The notes under the pieces are model-generated. The model worked only from the letters and a program-made list of their open reading frames with translations. It did not search any database and was not told where the DNA came from. A program made the translations under genes and the position numbers. A stretch of 64,000 nt of DNA from Candidatus Latescibacterota bacterium (lineage in GTDB: Bacteria > Latescibacterota > UBA2968 > GCA-2709665): the NCBI GenBank assembly GCA_963667175.2, contig CAXXXF010000018.1, forward strand, positions 32,001-96,000, written 5' to 3'. This document shows, piece by piece, positions 20,646-30,267 of this stretch. Within the stretch, counting starts at the first letter, position 1; every line of letters starts with the position of its first letter.

Positions 20646-20668
20646 CGCAAACTAACAGTTTGCGCTAC
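20646..20668 (-). repeat. GTAG-class REP-like palindrome (CGCAAACT...AGTTTGCG)
   Basis: Further copies at ~30326 and ~30871, each followed by a shared ...ACGCTC.GGGAGC tail. Confidence 0.75.
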
Positions 20669-20694
20669 GGTAAAACGTCGGTGACGCTCAGGGA

Positions 20695-20956
20695 GCCCTT
20701 GTTCGACGCCCTGGCGGGTGAGGTATCGGGCAGAAGATGATTCACGCATGAGATCCATCATGCCCTCCTTCGAAATGATATCGGAAATGGTTTCCGTCGT
20801 ATACATCAGCCCGCTGAGCAACGACATGCCGGCCAAGAAATCCGCTTTTGCCGGGGGCGCTATCGTCCGAGTCTGGGCTGTGTGCATACAGTGACGCAAC
20901 CATGCGCGTGAAGTCATTCCTTCAGGCGGCTCCGCGTAGACAGGATACGGGATCAT
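20695..20956 (-). pseudogene. Rpn family protein internal fragment
   Basis: ISDIISKEGMMDLMRESSSARYLTRQGVEQGL is near-identical to 19299-19589; truncated by the REP-like repeat. Confidence 0.65.
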
Positions 20957-21335
20957 GGCGGAAAGTCAATTGCATCACGGAAATAATCGAGAAAACATAC
21001 ATACGCCAGGCGGATCCATACTATCTGGACCATCGTCGCCGATTAGCGACATCTAGGAATTCGGGCCCACGACAGTTAGAATTCCCGGTGACACCAAACG
21101 GTTCGCATATCAACACACACAACAAAGCCCAACGGTCATAGCGAAACCGTTGGGCTTTTTCTCGTTGAAGCTTCGTCTTCGTTGGATATGCTAATTGTCA
21201 GTCTACACATCACCGCGAACAGTCAGCGGGAGTCCGTCAATCCCCTGTCGGAAATTCCCACTTCTACCATACTGTAGGCGGCATCCTCGACGATGGTGGA
21301 AGACACAAAGCGAACCGGACCAATACTGCCGGTGC

Positions 21336-21980
21336 CTACTCTTCTTGTCTGCCCCAGAAAGCCTCGTCCGTACTGGTGTTTAGTAGGTAAAGATGGCGGT
21401 TTTCAAGCAGCCAGAGCAAGATAGGTTCGGAGTCGAGTGCTGCACGTGTGAGCCTCCGGGAATTGAGAAAGTAGAGAAATCGGATCGCGGAGAACGAAAC
21501 GGCGAAAGAAAGACAGAGGATCGCAGGCATCATCGCGGAATGCGACGCGAACCACAATCCTCCCGCGAACGTGAGTCCGCCAACAATCGTAACAAACCGC
21601 CGTACTGGGTTGGCAGGGCTCGAAGTGAACAAAGCAATCAATGACAAGGGCACACCAGCTACGACCCAGCCGTCACCAATCAGGTACGCAATAGGGAGAC
21701 AAGCCACGGCGATCAGATAGGGAAACAAACTGATGACGGCCGAAGCGAGTGAGAATAACGGGCTCGATGACGAGAGAGCAAGCGTATTCGCGGCCATGTA
21801 ATCGACCGAGACGAAGAAACTACCTTCTTTTACGTGCTTCAATAGGTTGCTAAACGAAGCCACCGGGCAATTGGGGACATCTGAAAGATTCTTCCACTTG
21901 AGCTCCCGGAGCAACTCGACTTCGAATTCGGTGTCTGTAAACCTCCATTTGCGGCTCTGAATTCTGTTCGTATCCAACAT
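21336..21980 (-). CDS. Hypothetical membrane protein
   Basis: 214 aa ORF with ~4 hydrophobic segments. Confidence 0.6.
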   Translation of the reverse strand: MLDTNRIQSRKWRFTDTEFEVELLRELKWKNLSDVPNCPVASFSNLLKHVKEGSFFVSVDYMAANTLALSSSSPLFSLASAVISLFPYLIAVACLPIAYLIGDGWVVAGVPLSLIALFTSSPANPVRRFVTIVGGLTFAGGLWFASHSAMMPAILCLSFAVSFSAIRFLYFLNSRRLTRAALDSEPILLWLLENRHLYLLNTSTDEAFWGRQEE

Positions 21981-22063
21981 TACGCCATCCCTAGCGCGGC
22001 CTCGCTATGCCAAGCCGCAACCAAATAGGTGGAAGTGAACGCGCGCGCCCGATAAACGGAATA

Positions 22064-22150
22064 ATCACTCCCCGCTTGAGGGGGAATCGCAGAAGCCAAG
22101 CCGATCCCTGAGCTTGTCGAAGGGCCGGCGGCGGTTGATGCGGTGGGGGG
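22064..22150. repeat. Composite palindromic repeat with nested CCCTGAGCTTGTCGAAGGG
   Basis: ATCACTCCCCGCTTGAGGGGGAATCG is the reverse-orientation relative of repeats at ~30270 and ~30815; nested 19-mer at 22106-22124. Confidence 0.6.
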
Positions 22151-22436
22151 ATTTCAACGCCATTAGTTAGCTGGCAGCATTGAAGAAGCGAGAACGCATT
22201 TTGCCAAGAAGCCTTTACACTAAGAATCTAACCGTCCTCTGAAGAATCTCGATATTCCCCTATGGACTCTTTGTGCGCCGGTCTTGATCCATCAAAGCAG
22301 TTCCGCAAGTCACACATCTTGTCCGATACAGTCGCAGGTTTTATTGACGAACCCACTCGGAAATCACAACACCAGAAAACGACTTGCGAGCATGTTGATT
22401 CCCACTGTCTCATTCTGAAGTAGGCACAGCAAGAAT

Positions 22437-22955
22437 TCAACGCCCCTGAAGCGAGTTCATGTTCTCAAATGATGCTGAGACAATCATCTCTGTTGCCATA
22501 TTCGCGACAGAGATGTCATCTACTTCGATAGTAAAAATACCATCCGACTCCTTTTCTGATGACGGTAGGAGAATCACCTCACGCGGCTCAACCCATGCAA
22601 GCTCGAGACCTTTAGAATCCACAAAACCCAGTTGATATTCTATCTTGAATTTTTGGATTGTACTGTTCTTCCATACTATCGCGTATGCACCTTGGACGAC
22701 ATGTATGCCCGCTTGTCGTCGAGCTTCGGCTACTTTGCCGGATAGTTCTCTGTGAGATACAAAACGCCAGAGAAACTTTGTCAACTCTACCCCGTTTCCG
22801 AACCCACCTCGTTCTTCCTCATGGTGTTGGGTGTTCAATTTAGTCTTGAATGCTCCGGCTAACTCATCTCCATCCAGGTACAGAAACGCGACATTGATCG
22901 CAACAACCAGGACGACAAGCCCGGCTGCTATAAGAGCTATCTGGCGTTTTGGCAT
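22437..22955 (-). CDS. Hypothetical exported/membrane-anchored protein
   Basis: N-terminal hydrophobic helix after MPKRQ. Confidence 0.55.
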   Translation of the reverse strand: MPKRQIALIAAGLVVLVVAINVAFLYLDGDELAGAFKTKLNTQHHEEERGGFGNGVELTKFLWRFVSHRELSGKVAEARRQAGIHVVQGAYAIVWKNSTIQKFKIEYQLGFVDSKGLELAWVEPREVILLPSSEKESDGIFTIEVDDISVANMATEMIVSASFENMNSLQGR

Positions 22956-23252
22956 GTCTTTCCCCCTGAGGTCATATTCACTCTCCGGTAGCAAGATAGT
23001 CGGAAAGGCAAAGGGTCAATCGCGTGCGGCAGATGAAAAGAAGGTGGCCCAACGCGAACCGTCACTTCTGCAGATCGCGATCTTGTCTGACTTTCATTTG
23101 AGCGATACAGCAGATCTTCTGCCGCTGAATAACGCCCCACACGATGCGAGACGAGAACCGTGGCGCCGGGCTCTGATGGGTATGCGCAGTCGATCGTCTG
23201 TCTTGCCGTTTGTCCACCCAAAGAGGCTGTTCATTTTGACAAGTCTCGGTGG

Positions 23253-23777
23253 CTAATCTGACCGCTCTTCGAGGGCTTCAACGTCCATTCCGGCTTTTGT
23301 GAGCAGATTTAGCATCGCGTTCGCCCGAGTCCCATCCCCGTCACGAGTATAGTCGGCGTAGCGTGAAATCATCGAATGTATGATCAATCGCCTATAGTGA
23401 GTTCCTGTTGGTTTCGGCAGGACAAGCTGAGCTATCTTGGCGCCGACGAAGATGATCACCACCCCACAAAGAGCGGCCACCCATCCAAGGCGCCACCACA
23501 TGAGTCCAATTGCTACGGCACAACCCAAGTATGTGGATACCGCAAACAAAGCCTTCCAGGGCGGCGTAATAGCGTCCTGAAATCCTGTCGGTAAAGGAGT
23601 TTCCCGGCACTCGTTACGCATGATCGGAACGGCCCTGGCAAAGCTCGCATCGAAGTCGGACCATTTTTTACCTAGCAACAGCTCCATGCCCATGCAAAGT
23701 GTCACCTCGGTAAATCGCAACTCATACCCGAAAGGGAACGCCAACACTGCAGGGAGCAGCCAGAAGGTCGTGTCCAA
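23253..23777 (-). CDS. Hypothetical membrane protein
   Basis: 174 aa with hydrophobic helices; AAGGA RBS. Confidence 0.55.
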   Translation of the reverse strand: MDTTFWLLPAVLAFPFGYELRFTEVTLCMGMELLLGKKWSDFDASFARAVPIMRNECRETPLPTGFQDAITPPWKALFAVSTYLGCAVAIGLMWWRLGWVAALCGVVIIFVGAKIAQLVLPKPTGTHYRRLIIHSMISRYADYTRDGDGTRANAMLNLLTKAGMDVEALEERSD

Positions 23778-23817
23778 TTACATTCCTTAGGACAAAGGAA
23801 GTGTAGCGCGCAAACTG

Positions 23818-24783
23818 CTATTTCTCATCCTGTTGTCGGGCAATTGCGGGAAGTGTTGCGCGGATGGTCGCTTTCAGCTTTTCGGCTGCGTCCGTCGGCT
23901 CAGCGTCATCCCAAGTGACTGTCAGGTGATGGTTTGTGTCAAAGTGAGTCTTCTCCTCTTCAAACTTCGTTGCTTCGCAAGTATATATGACCGGCTTGCC
24001 AAGTCCTTCCGCATAGCCCGCCTCCCAATAGGCTCCAAGATTGTCGTGGGTAAGGTCCGCAATTACGAAATCCGACGACTGAATCTCGACTCGTAAGCGG
24101 TCATCAATAAGCCCGGCGCGAGGTGAATCGTCGAGCCGAAAGAGTTCGAATCCCGTTTTTCTGACGGCTTCACGGAATACTTCATCGACCATCTTGTCCA
24201 GAGTCGAATCGCCGAACTTCATCGCCATAAATGCTTTCCTATAGGTTTCACGTCCCTTCAACAGCGATTCATAGTGTTCCCAGCCTTTGAATGAAAGAGT
24301 GACGTCAGTGCGGTCGCCGTGTTTCATCGTCGCGGTTGGATCACCGGGCACAAGTTTCGCGTTTGCGAGGTGGCGGAGCACGAACAAGAACCCATCCTTT
24401 GATTTGGAACCGATAATCGCGCCGTGCTCCAAAGGATTTACTTCAACAGTCTCGCCAGGTCCATTGACGTTTTCAGCAATCCATCGAACAAGCAGGTCGG
24501 CCTGCTCAGTAGGAGTCGGTAACGGACGTTTCAGTATTTCGTCAACGGTGTTTGTATATAACATGGGTATTTCATTATTTGATTGCATCAACCGAAGAGC
24601 GTGGCTGATTTTTGCCGCTGCGTCAGGATCACCCGAAAACGTACTGGGTAATCCTTTGACCAATGTTCGGGATAGTCGGAATTCGCCACACCGCGCGCAC
24701 GAGTATTGCTTCGCATCGGAAACCCCTGGTCTCTCCAGGAAATCTGTCAACACGGTCGTGCAAACAGGGCACTTGTTCGGCAT
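23818..24783 (-). CDS. Nucleoside 2-deoxyribosyltransferase/TIR-like domain protein with N-terminal Zn ribbon
   Basis: CPVC...CARC N-terminus; AFMAMKF, SDFVIADLT, AYWEAGYAEGLGKPVIY, HFDTNH C-terminal domain. Confidence 0.75.
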   Translation of the reverse strand: MPNKCPVCTTVLTDFLERPGVSDAKQYSCARCGEFRLSRTLVKGLPSTFSGDPDAAAKISHALRLMQSNNEIPMLYTNTVDEILKRPLPTPTEQADLLVRWIAENVNGPGETVEVNPLEHGAIIGSKSKDGFLFVLRHLANAKLVPGDPTATMKHGDRTDVTLSFKGWEHYESLLKGRETYRKAFMAMKFGDSTLDKMVDEVFREAVRKTGFELFRLDDSPRAGLIDDRLRVEIQSSDFVIADLTHDNLGAYWEAGYAEGLGKPVIYTCEATKFEEEKTHFDTNHHLTVTWDDAEPTDAAEKLKATIRATLPAIARQQDEK

Positions 24784-25231
24784 TCCTTATCTGCTCCCTC
24801 CTGAACCCACGACACGATCGTTAGGCCGGAAATGCGAGATATTCGCGTTTTTAATGTACGAGACGACGTAAGATCCCGCAATAGCCCCGGTTAATGCACA
24901 TCCGAGAGCGTGAACCGCCGTGAATCTGTCTTCTCGGTTTCTGGATAGCATGGGTCGGCGATCCGGGTCGATCCTGCTGGCATCGTCCAGTGTTCGGTTG
25001 CTTGAATTCTCGTACCCGCCCACCCATGCGGGCGAGACGGCCGCGCACCCAGTGGAGGCATCCTCTTCTCGGACGAAAACTCCGACGTCGGAATATCTCG
25101 CGAAATAAAAGCGACCCGCAGGTCGCCCTTTATTGAATCGCCTACCGCCCATCATGAAATCGCACCTTAACCGACGCTGGATAATGTCGCCAAATAAAAC
25201 CCTTAACCGAACTCTACGTTCATACGAATCG

Positions 25232-26056
25232 TCAGGGTTCAAACCACTGGTTAGCCTCCGGCGGAGGCGTGTTCATAGTTCCTTGCATAATGCGAATCGA
25301 ATATCCTGTTTCGTCACCGAAATGTGCTTTTCCACACATTTCAAGAATGTACATTGGTTCCTGGGAATATTTCGGACTGTCCGTTTTCAGAAAGGCTCTG
25401 CTGATTACGCTGGCGACGACGTCGACGAATCTCTTTCTGCAAGAGTCGTCGACCAGCAATTGCAAACGGTCAATTGAGTCAGGCTGGCCGATATGGTGTT
25501 TGGCACAAAGTAACGATATGGATTGATTCAGCAACTTCGTCCTGTAACCAAGGTATGTATCAATGTCTTCAATCGGGATGGACCAATTATCAATGAAGAC
25601 GGAAAAAGCGGCATCGCCGCCTCCTACCTCGAAATAGTCCATTATCGAATGAAAAAGACAATGATCAAGTACGTGCGAATGGATGATCTGAGCAATGGGG
25701 CGTTCTCGGCTTTCCGGTCGATGATTCGCCCTGGCATTGTTGCCAAATCGCTCATATTCAACGATAATTTCACGATATTTCGGGTCTGCAATATTCACAC
25801 CTGAAACGAATATGGACAAAGGTAAACCTGCCAGCAGCTCTGCGATTCGGACGGCGCGAGAGTTCTTGATGCGGTCGTTCTTTAACGGCGTAGTGTTGGA
25901 CAGCCCAAATTCGCTCTTATACTCGGAAAATATCGCGTTTTCAGCCGATTGATCGTACCTCACGGCGACTCCAAGGAACCAGTCGGTCTGATCGTTGTTT
26001 CCGACCTGCGGCGTACCAGATTCATCGAATAGCACTGTCACGTCTTTTCCAGCCAT
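25232..26056 (-). CDS. DUF3800-like (RNase H-like) protein
   Basis: N-terminal VLFDESG motif and late FVDVVAS acidic motif. Confidence 0.6.
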   Translation of the reverse strand: MAGKDVTVLFDESGTPQVGNNDQTDWFLGVAVRYDQSAENAIFSEYKSEFGLSNTTPLKNDRIKNSRAVRIAELLAGLPLSIFVSGVNIADPKYREIIVEYERFGNNARANHRPESRERPIAQIIHSHVLDHCLFHSIMDYFEVGGGDAAFSVFIDNWSIPIEDIDTYLGYRTKLLNQSISLLCAKHHIGQPDSIDRLQLLVDDSCRKRFVDVVASVISRAFLKTDSPKYSQEPMYILEMCGKAHFGDETGYSIRIMQGTMNTPPPEANQWFEP

Positions 26057-26151
26057 TATGCCCCCGTTATTTGGTAGCGACGAAGGAAATCGGCACGATG
26101 GTTTGTCACGCGCTTTGGTTTCTTGTTACGATTCAGCCGGATGTGGACCTT

Positions 26152-26847
26152 TCAGGCATCTGATCCCATTCGCGCAGAAACAGAAGCAAGTGTTGAACAA
26201 AGCTCGGTTCGGAGCCCGTCCATTTCGCACGGCCGGACATTGACATTGTTGGACAGTGTGAGGAGATCCATCGCAAGTCGCAAACACAACTCGGCCGCGA
26301 GCATACAATCTTCCGTCGGGACGAGTAGATTTTTCGGAATGAAATGTTCGAAATCGTTTCGGATCTCCTCATGGAGTAACTCCAGCAATTCCATCTCTGC
26401 ATCTTGGACGGAGACAACGGCGCTGTGGATGTAGCGGTGCATGAAGCAGGGCGTTTGGATCATCGCCAGGAGGTCATAGAATCCAACCAGAAACTCGTCT
26501 CGTTCCGCCTTTGAAGCACGTCCTTCTTGGGAACACGGCGGCGTCTCAGGAACTGGATCGGAGAACCTAAAGGCCTTGCTACATCCGTCTATCTCTTCTT
26601 TCCAAATTACCATCCACGGATCCTCGCCCTTTTTGTACCAATATTTCCTGTTCTTTGTTGGCCTCCCCGTGATAGGACGATTCGAGGTTCCGCGTAGAGC
26701 TTCCACCATCATGCGTGAGAGCAATTGGTGGCACTCCTTTGCAACCCTCATAGGGCTTGGTTTGGCCGAAACGACCTCAGCGTTGATATGTCGAATGTTG
26801 TTTCGAATCAACTTGACATTGTTGATATTCTCATTTTCTTCAAGCAT
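26152..26847 (-). CDS. Hypothetical protein, possible HEPN
   Basis: IRNDFEHF RxxxxH-like motif in a helical C-terminus. Confidence 0.45.
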   Translation of the reverse strand: MLEENENINNVKLIRNNIRHINAEVVSAKPSPMRVAKECHQLLSRMMVEALRGTSNRPITGRPTKNRKYWYKKGEDPWMVIWKEEIDGCSKAFRFSDPVPETPPCSQEGRASKAERDEFLVGFYDLLAMIQTPCFMHRYIHSAVVSVQDAEMELLELLHEEIRNDFEHFIPKNLLVPTEDCMLAAELCLRLAMDLLTLSNNVNVRPCEMDGLRTELCSTLASVSARMGSDA

Positions 26848-27292
26848 AGAAGCGACCCCCGAGGCGATTTAGGATTAGTTCAATTCTCCAGCAGCAAATA
26901 GGGCCTGTGGAGCCTTAAGACATCATGGCTCACGATAGCAACTGCCCGCAATCTAACCAATGCGCCACATTATCGGGTTACTTAGAGACAACGGTTTTTC
27001 GATGGGCGCGAGACGAGCCACGTTTCAGCGGTCAGGCGATTGTCTTCGTACACCGATTTGTTCGGGTTATTCGTGCGAACAATCAGGATACGACAGTATG
27101 GGATTGGTCGGCAGGAGGGTAGGCAGTTGAGGTGGGCTCAAGGTTATGATTTCATGAGATGCCACGATCGAAGATTATGACATTTCTGCGCAACATTTGC
27201 TACGGCGCGGATACAATTCAGCCGATCGCAGGAACAGCCCCTGGGATTTGGACAAACGGTTGATAGTTAAGGATTAAACAGCAAGAGAGGCC

Positions 27293-27544
27293 CTACTTGG
27301 TGTGTCCGTTATCCAGAAAAGGCGGGGGTGTCTGAAAACCTTCCGTACCCTTTTCTTTCTCGCGTTCAAACCATTGCAATACCAATCTATCTCGTTCGTT
27401 TTGACCCTTCCTTACACCACGTTCAAATTGCCATTTCTTGAACGCCTCGGTCAGCACAAACACGAAATCCACCCCCTTCAAGATGAAAAAAGCAGTCGTA
27501 GCGGCAAATACTCCGATGCTCAGAAGATCCTTTACGGTTTCAAG
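27293..27544 (-). CDS. Small membrane-anchored hypothetical protein
   Basis: LETVKDLLSIGVFAATTAFFILKGVDF...; frameshifted duplicate at 20495-20620. Confidence 0.5.
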   Translation of the reverse strand, partial: LETVKDLLSIGVFAATTAFFILKGVDFVFVLTEAFKKWQFERGVRKGQNERDRLVLQWFEREKEKGTEGFQTPPPFLDNGHTK

Positions 27545-27624
27545 CCTCTTCCGGCATGGCGTCAATACTTACGTCTTCCTCCATCGCCGCCTTTGTCGGT
27601 TGATGCTCGGAATCTATGACCTTA

Positions 27625-29160
27625 ACAGCCTGTTGAAAAAGTATGAATTTTCGAAGTCATGGTCAAAAAAGTATTGTTTGTGTCATGTGTTTGTTGGTAA
27701 GATAGAGGAAACGTGCAGTAAGCAGAGAAGTCGAGTGTTGAAGGAGGTCGGTGATGTCGATGAGCAGGCGTCAAGAAAGTCATCAGGAGGAAATGTGGGT
27801 GCCTTCCAGCACGCTGTCCGAGGGTCCTGGGCATCCGTTTTACACGCGCCTGAACAGGCTGCTGTCCGAGGGTGGTTTCGATCCCTTTGTGGAAGGGCAG
27901 TGCGCGCCGTATTACGCGGAGACGTTGGGGCGTCCCAGTATCGTTCCCGGGGTGTATTTCCGCATGCTGATGATCGGCTATTTCGAGGGTTTGAGCTCGG
28001 AGCGGGGCATCGCCTGGCGTGTTGCCGATTCGCTTTGTCTGCGCCGCTTTCTGGGTATTCCCTTGAGCGAATCGCCGCCGGATCACTCGAGTCTGTCGCG
28101 CATAAGGCAGCGCTTGCCGGTGGAGGTGCACGAAGCGGTCTTCACGTTTGTGCTGAAGGTGTTGGTCGGCCACGACCTGCTCAAGGGCAAGACGGTGGCG
28201 GTGGACGCCACCACGCTGGAAGCCAACGCGGCGATGAAAAGCATCGTGCGCCGGGACACGGGCAAAGCCTACCACGAGTACCTGGAAGGGCTGGCCCGGG
28301 CCGAAGGCATCCCAACCCCGACGAAGCAGGACCTGGCCCGGCTCGACAAGAAGCGCACGAATAAGGCTTCCAACAAGGACTGGGAACATCCCCATGATGC
28401 GGATGCCCGCGTTACCAAGATGAAGGACGGACGCACGCATTTGGCTCACAAGGCCGAGCATACGGTCGATCTGGACACTCAGGCGCTGGTGGCCATAACG
28501 GTATGTGGCGCCGATAAAGGGGACACCGAGTCGCTGGGCGGGAGTTTGGACCAAGCCGACCGGAATCTGCAAGCGGTCGGGGACATCGATGACAAGACGG
28601 CACTTCGCGAAGTGGTGGCGGATAAGGGATATCACAGCAATCACACCATGAAGACCTTGAAGACGGCAAAGATCCGCAGCTACGTCTCGGAACCGGATCG
28701 CGGACGGCGAAACTGGAAAAAGGATGCGGCGGCCAAGATGGCGGTGTATGCAAATCGCCGGCGCATACGAGGCGTCCGTGGGCGCGCCGAGGTGGCAGAA
28801 CGCAGTTTTGCGCACACCTATGAAACCGGGGGGATGCGTCGCACGCACCTGCGCGGCCACACCAACATCTACAAACGGCTGTGTATACACGGCGGCGCTT
28901 TCAATCTCTCCCTCGTGATGCGACAGATCACCGGCAAGGGCACCCCGAGGGCGTTGCATGGGTTGCTATCGGCATTCGGCACCTTTGTTCATCGCCTCAA
29001 ACGCGCTCTCGAGGCCCGTAAAACAATTTCACGGCGTCTTTCCGCATTCTTTCCCTATTTGAAAACTTAGTGCCCATTGCCGACACGCAACACACATCAA
29101 ACATACCCTACCCTCTTTTCCACGATTCTTCGCTGAAATCCCGTTTTTTCAACGGACTGC
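27625..29160 (+). mobile_element. IS1182/IS5-like insertion sequence, 1536 bp, TA-flanked
   Basis: Inverted ends CAGCCTGTTGAAAAA / TTTTTCAACGGACTG; TA at 27623-24 and 29161-62; truncates the aspartyl protease gene. Confidence 0.88.
27751..29070 (+). CDS. DDE transposase (DUF772 N-domain)
   Basis: GRPSI.P, PPDHSSLSR, VAVDATTLEANA, VADKGY, ERSFAH. Confidence 0.92.
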   Translation: MMSMSRRQESHQEEMWVPSSTLSEGPGHPFYTRLNRLLSEGGFDPFVEGQCAPYYAETLGRPSIVPGVYFRMLMIGYFEGLSSERGIAWRVADSLCLRRFLGIPLSESPPDHSSLSRIRQRLPVEVHEAVFTFVLKVLVGHDLLKGKTVAVDATTLEANAAMKSIVRRDTGKAYHEYLEGLARAEGIPTPTKQDLARLDKKRTNKASNKDWEHPHDADARVTKMKDGRTHLAHKAEHTVDLDTQALVAITVCGADKGDTESLGGSLDQADRNLQAVGDIDDKTALREVVADKGYHSNHTMKTLKTAKIRSYVSEPDRGRRNWKKDAAAKMAVYANRRRIRGVRGRAEVAERSFAHTYETGGMRRTHLRGHTNIYKRLCIHGGAFNLSLVMRQITGKGTPRALHGLLSAFGTFVHRLKRALEARKTISRRLSAFFPYLKT

Positions 29161-29368
29161 TAAGGCCTGACGCCGTTTGCATCGGCAACTTTCCCTTTGG
29201 CTGCAATTGCAACCTCGCTGCCACAAACTGTGTAACACAACTTACGGTTGCGCCAGTATCAACCAACGCAGGGTACACTTCCTGCGATTGGGGGACAGCC
29301 GCATTTACCACGATAGCAGGCATTATCAATCCGTCATCCCATACAAAACTACCTACCAACACGGGCAT
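29161..29368 (-). pseudogene. Retropepsin-like aspartyl protease, interrupted by IS
   Basis: ALVDTGATVSCV motif; ORF runs into the IS end after TASGL. Confidence 0.75.
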
Positions 29369-29606
29369 GAGAAAGAAACCCCATATCTATGATTTGATCG
29401 GTGACTTTCTGGACGGAAAATTCTTCATTGAACATCTTCCGTCCAGCCTGAAAGGCATCGCGGACAGTATCGAAACAAGCGATAACTTCGCCGTTATGCA
29501 TAAGCGCAAATCTGTCTCGATCCGTCCTTAAAAGATCACCCAGTTTCTCCTTAAATGCCTCGTAATTCTTGTCAACTTGCTCGTTCTGAATGGTTGCTGT
29601 CCCCAT
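29349..29606 (-). CDS. DUF5678-like small protein paired with aspartyl protease
   Basis: NYEAFKEKL..LL...RFALMHNGEVIACFDT..DA..AG pattern; overlaps protease start. Confidence 0.65.
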   Translation of the reverse strand: MGTATIQNEQVDKNYEAFKEKLGDLLRTDRDRFALMHNGEVIACFDTVRDAFQAGRKMFNEEFSVQKVTDQIIDMGFLSHARVGR

Positions 29607-29872
29607 TCTGTGTCTCCTTCCTGAAGAGTTGAAAGGCAAAAAACAACAACCTGCAAATCCCTCGGTTTTATCTCATACGGCCTTCTTGCCCTTTCTCAAA
29701 CCCTTCTGTGCCGCTTTCCCTCGCAACGGTATATCTTGCCCGTCAAGACATCTTTGTACCGCTTGTCATCCGAAAATTTATGATGGCAACCTACAACCCA
29801 CTTACTCGGATCGGACTTCAAGTAGTTCTTGTACTCCAACTCTGAGTTAGAGGGCATAAATTTCGCCCCCTA

Positions 29873-30034
29873 ACAGCCCGTTGAAAGAGTCCATCCGGGC
29901 TACGTCCGGCCCTTGTGACCGAAATACGGCGTTGCGCTCCCTCCCCGAATCCAGGGATGCGCGTCGGTCGCGCGCCTTGTCTTCGGCCACAATGACTCGG
30001 CCTCGCCTGCAGAGCGACTTTTTCAACGGACTGC
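29873..30034. mobile_element. 162-bp MITE (copy 1)
   Basis: Ends CAGCCCGTTGAAA / TTTTCAACGGACTG match the IS ends; TA on both sides; second copy at 44276-44437. Confidence 0.88.
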
Positions 30035-30267
30035 TAACCCGTTTTCCGACACGCCGTTTGCACACCTGGACTTTTCTGCGTAATCCCCTTTTGTAGACGA
30101 TCTTACCGACGCTCTCGTCGATGTTCTGGCACACGCGCCGGTAGACAATCAGCGGTGAAGAATCCAATGCAAATAAAAGATATGAAAGTCGCCTGCAAAG
30201 ACAAGTGGCTATACCTATTTTTTTTTGACATAGCGGCGAAATCAGAAACCAAAAGTCTGTACTCTCC

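Noticed and set aside
21200-27300. Integron cassette array
   Set aside because: Genes are co-oriented, but I found no convincing RYYYAAC...GTTRRRY attC palindromes in the spacers I examined and no integrase.
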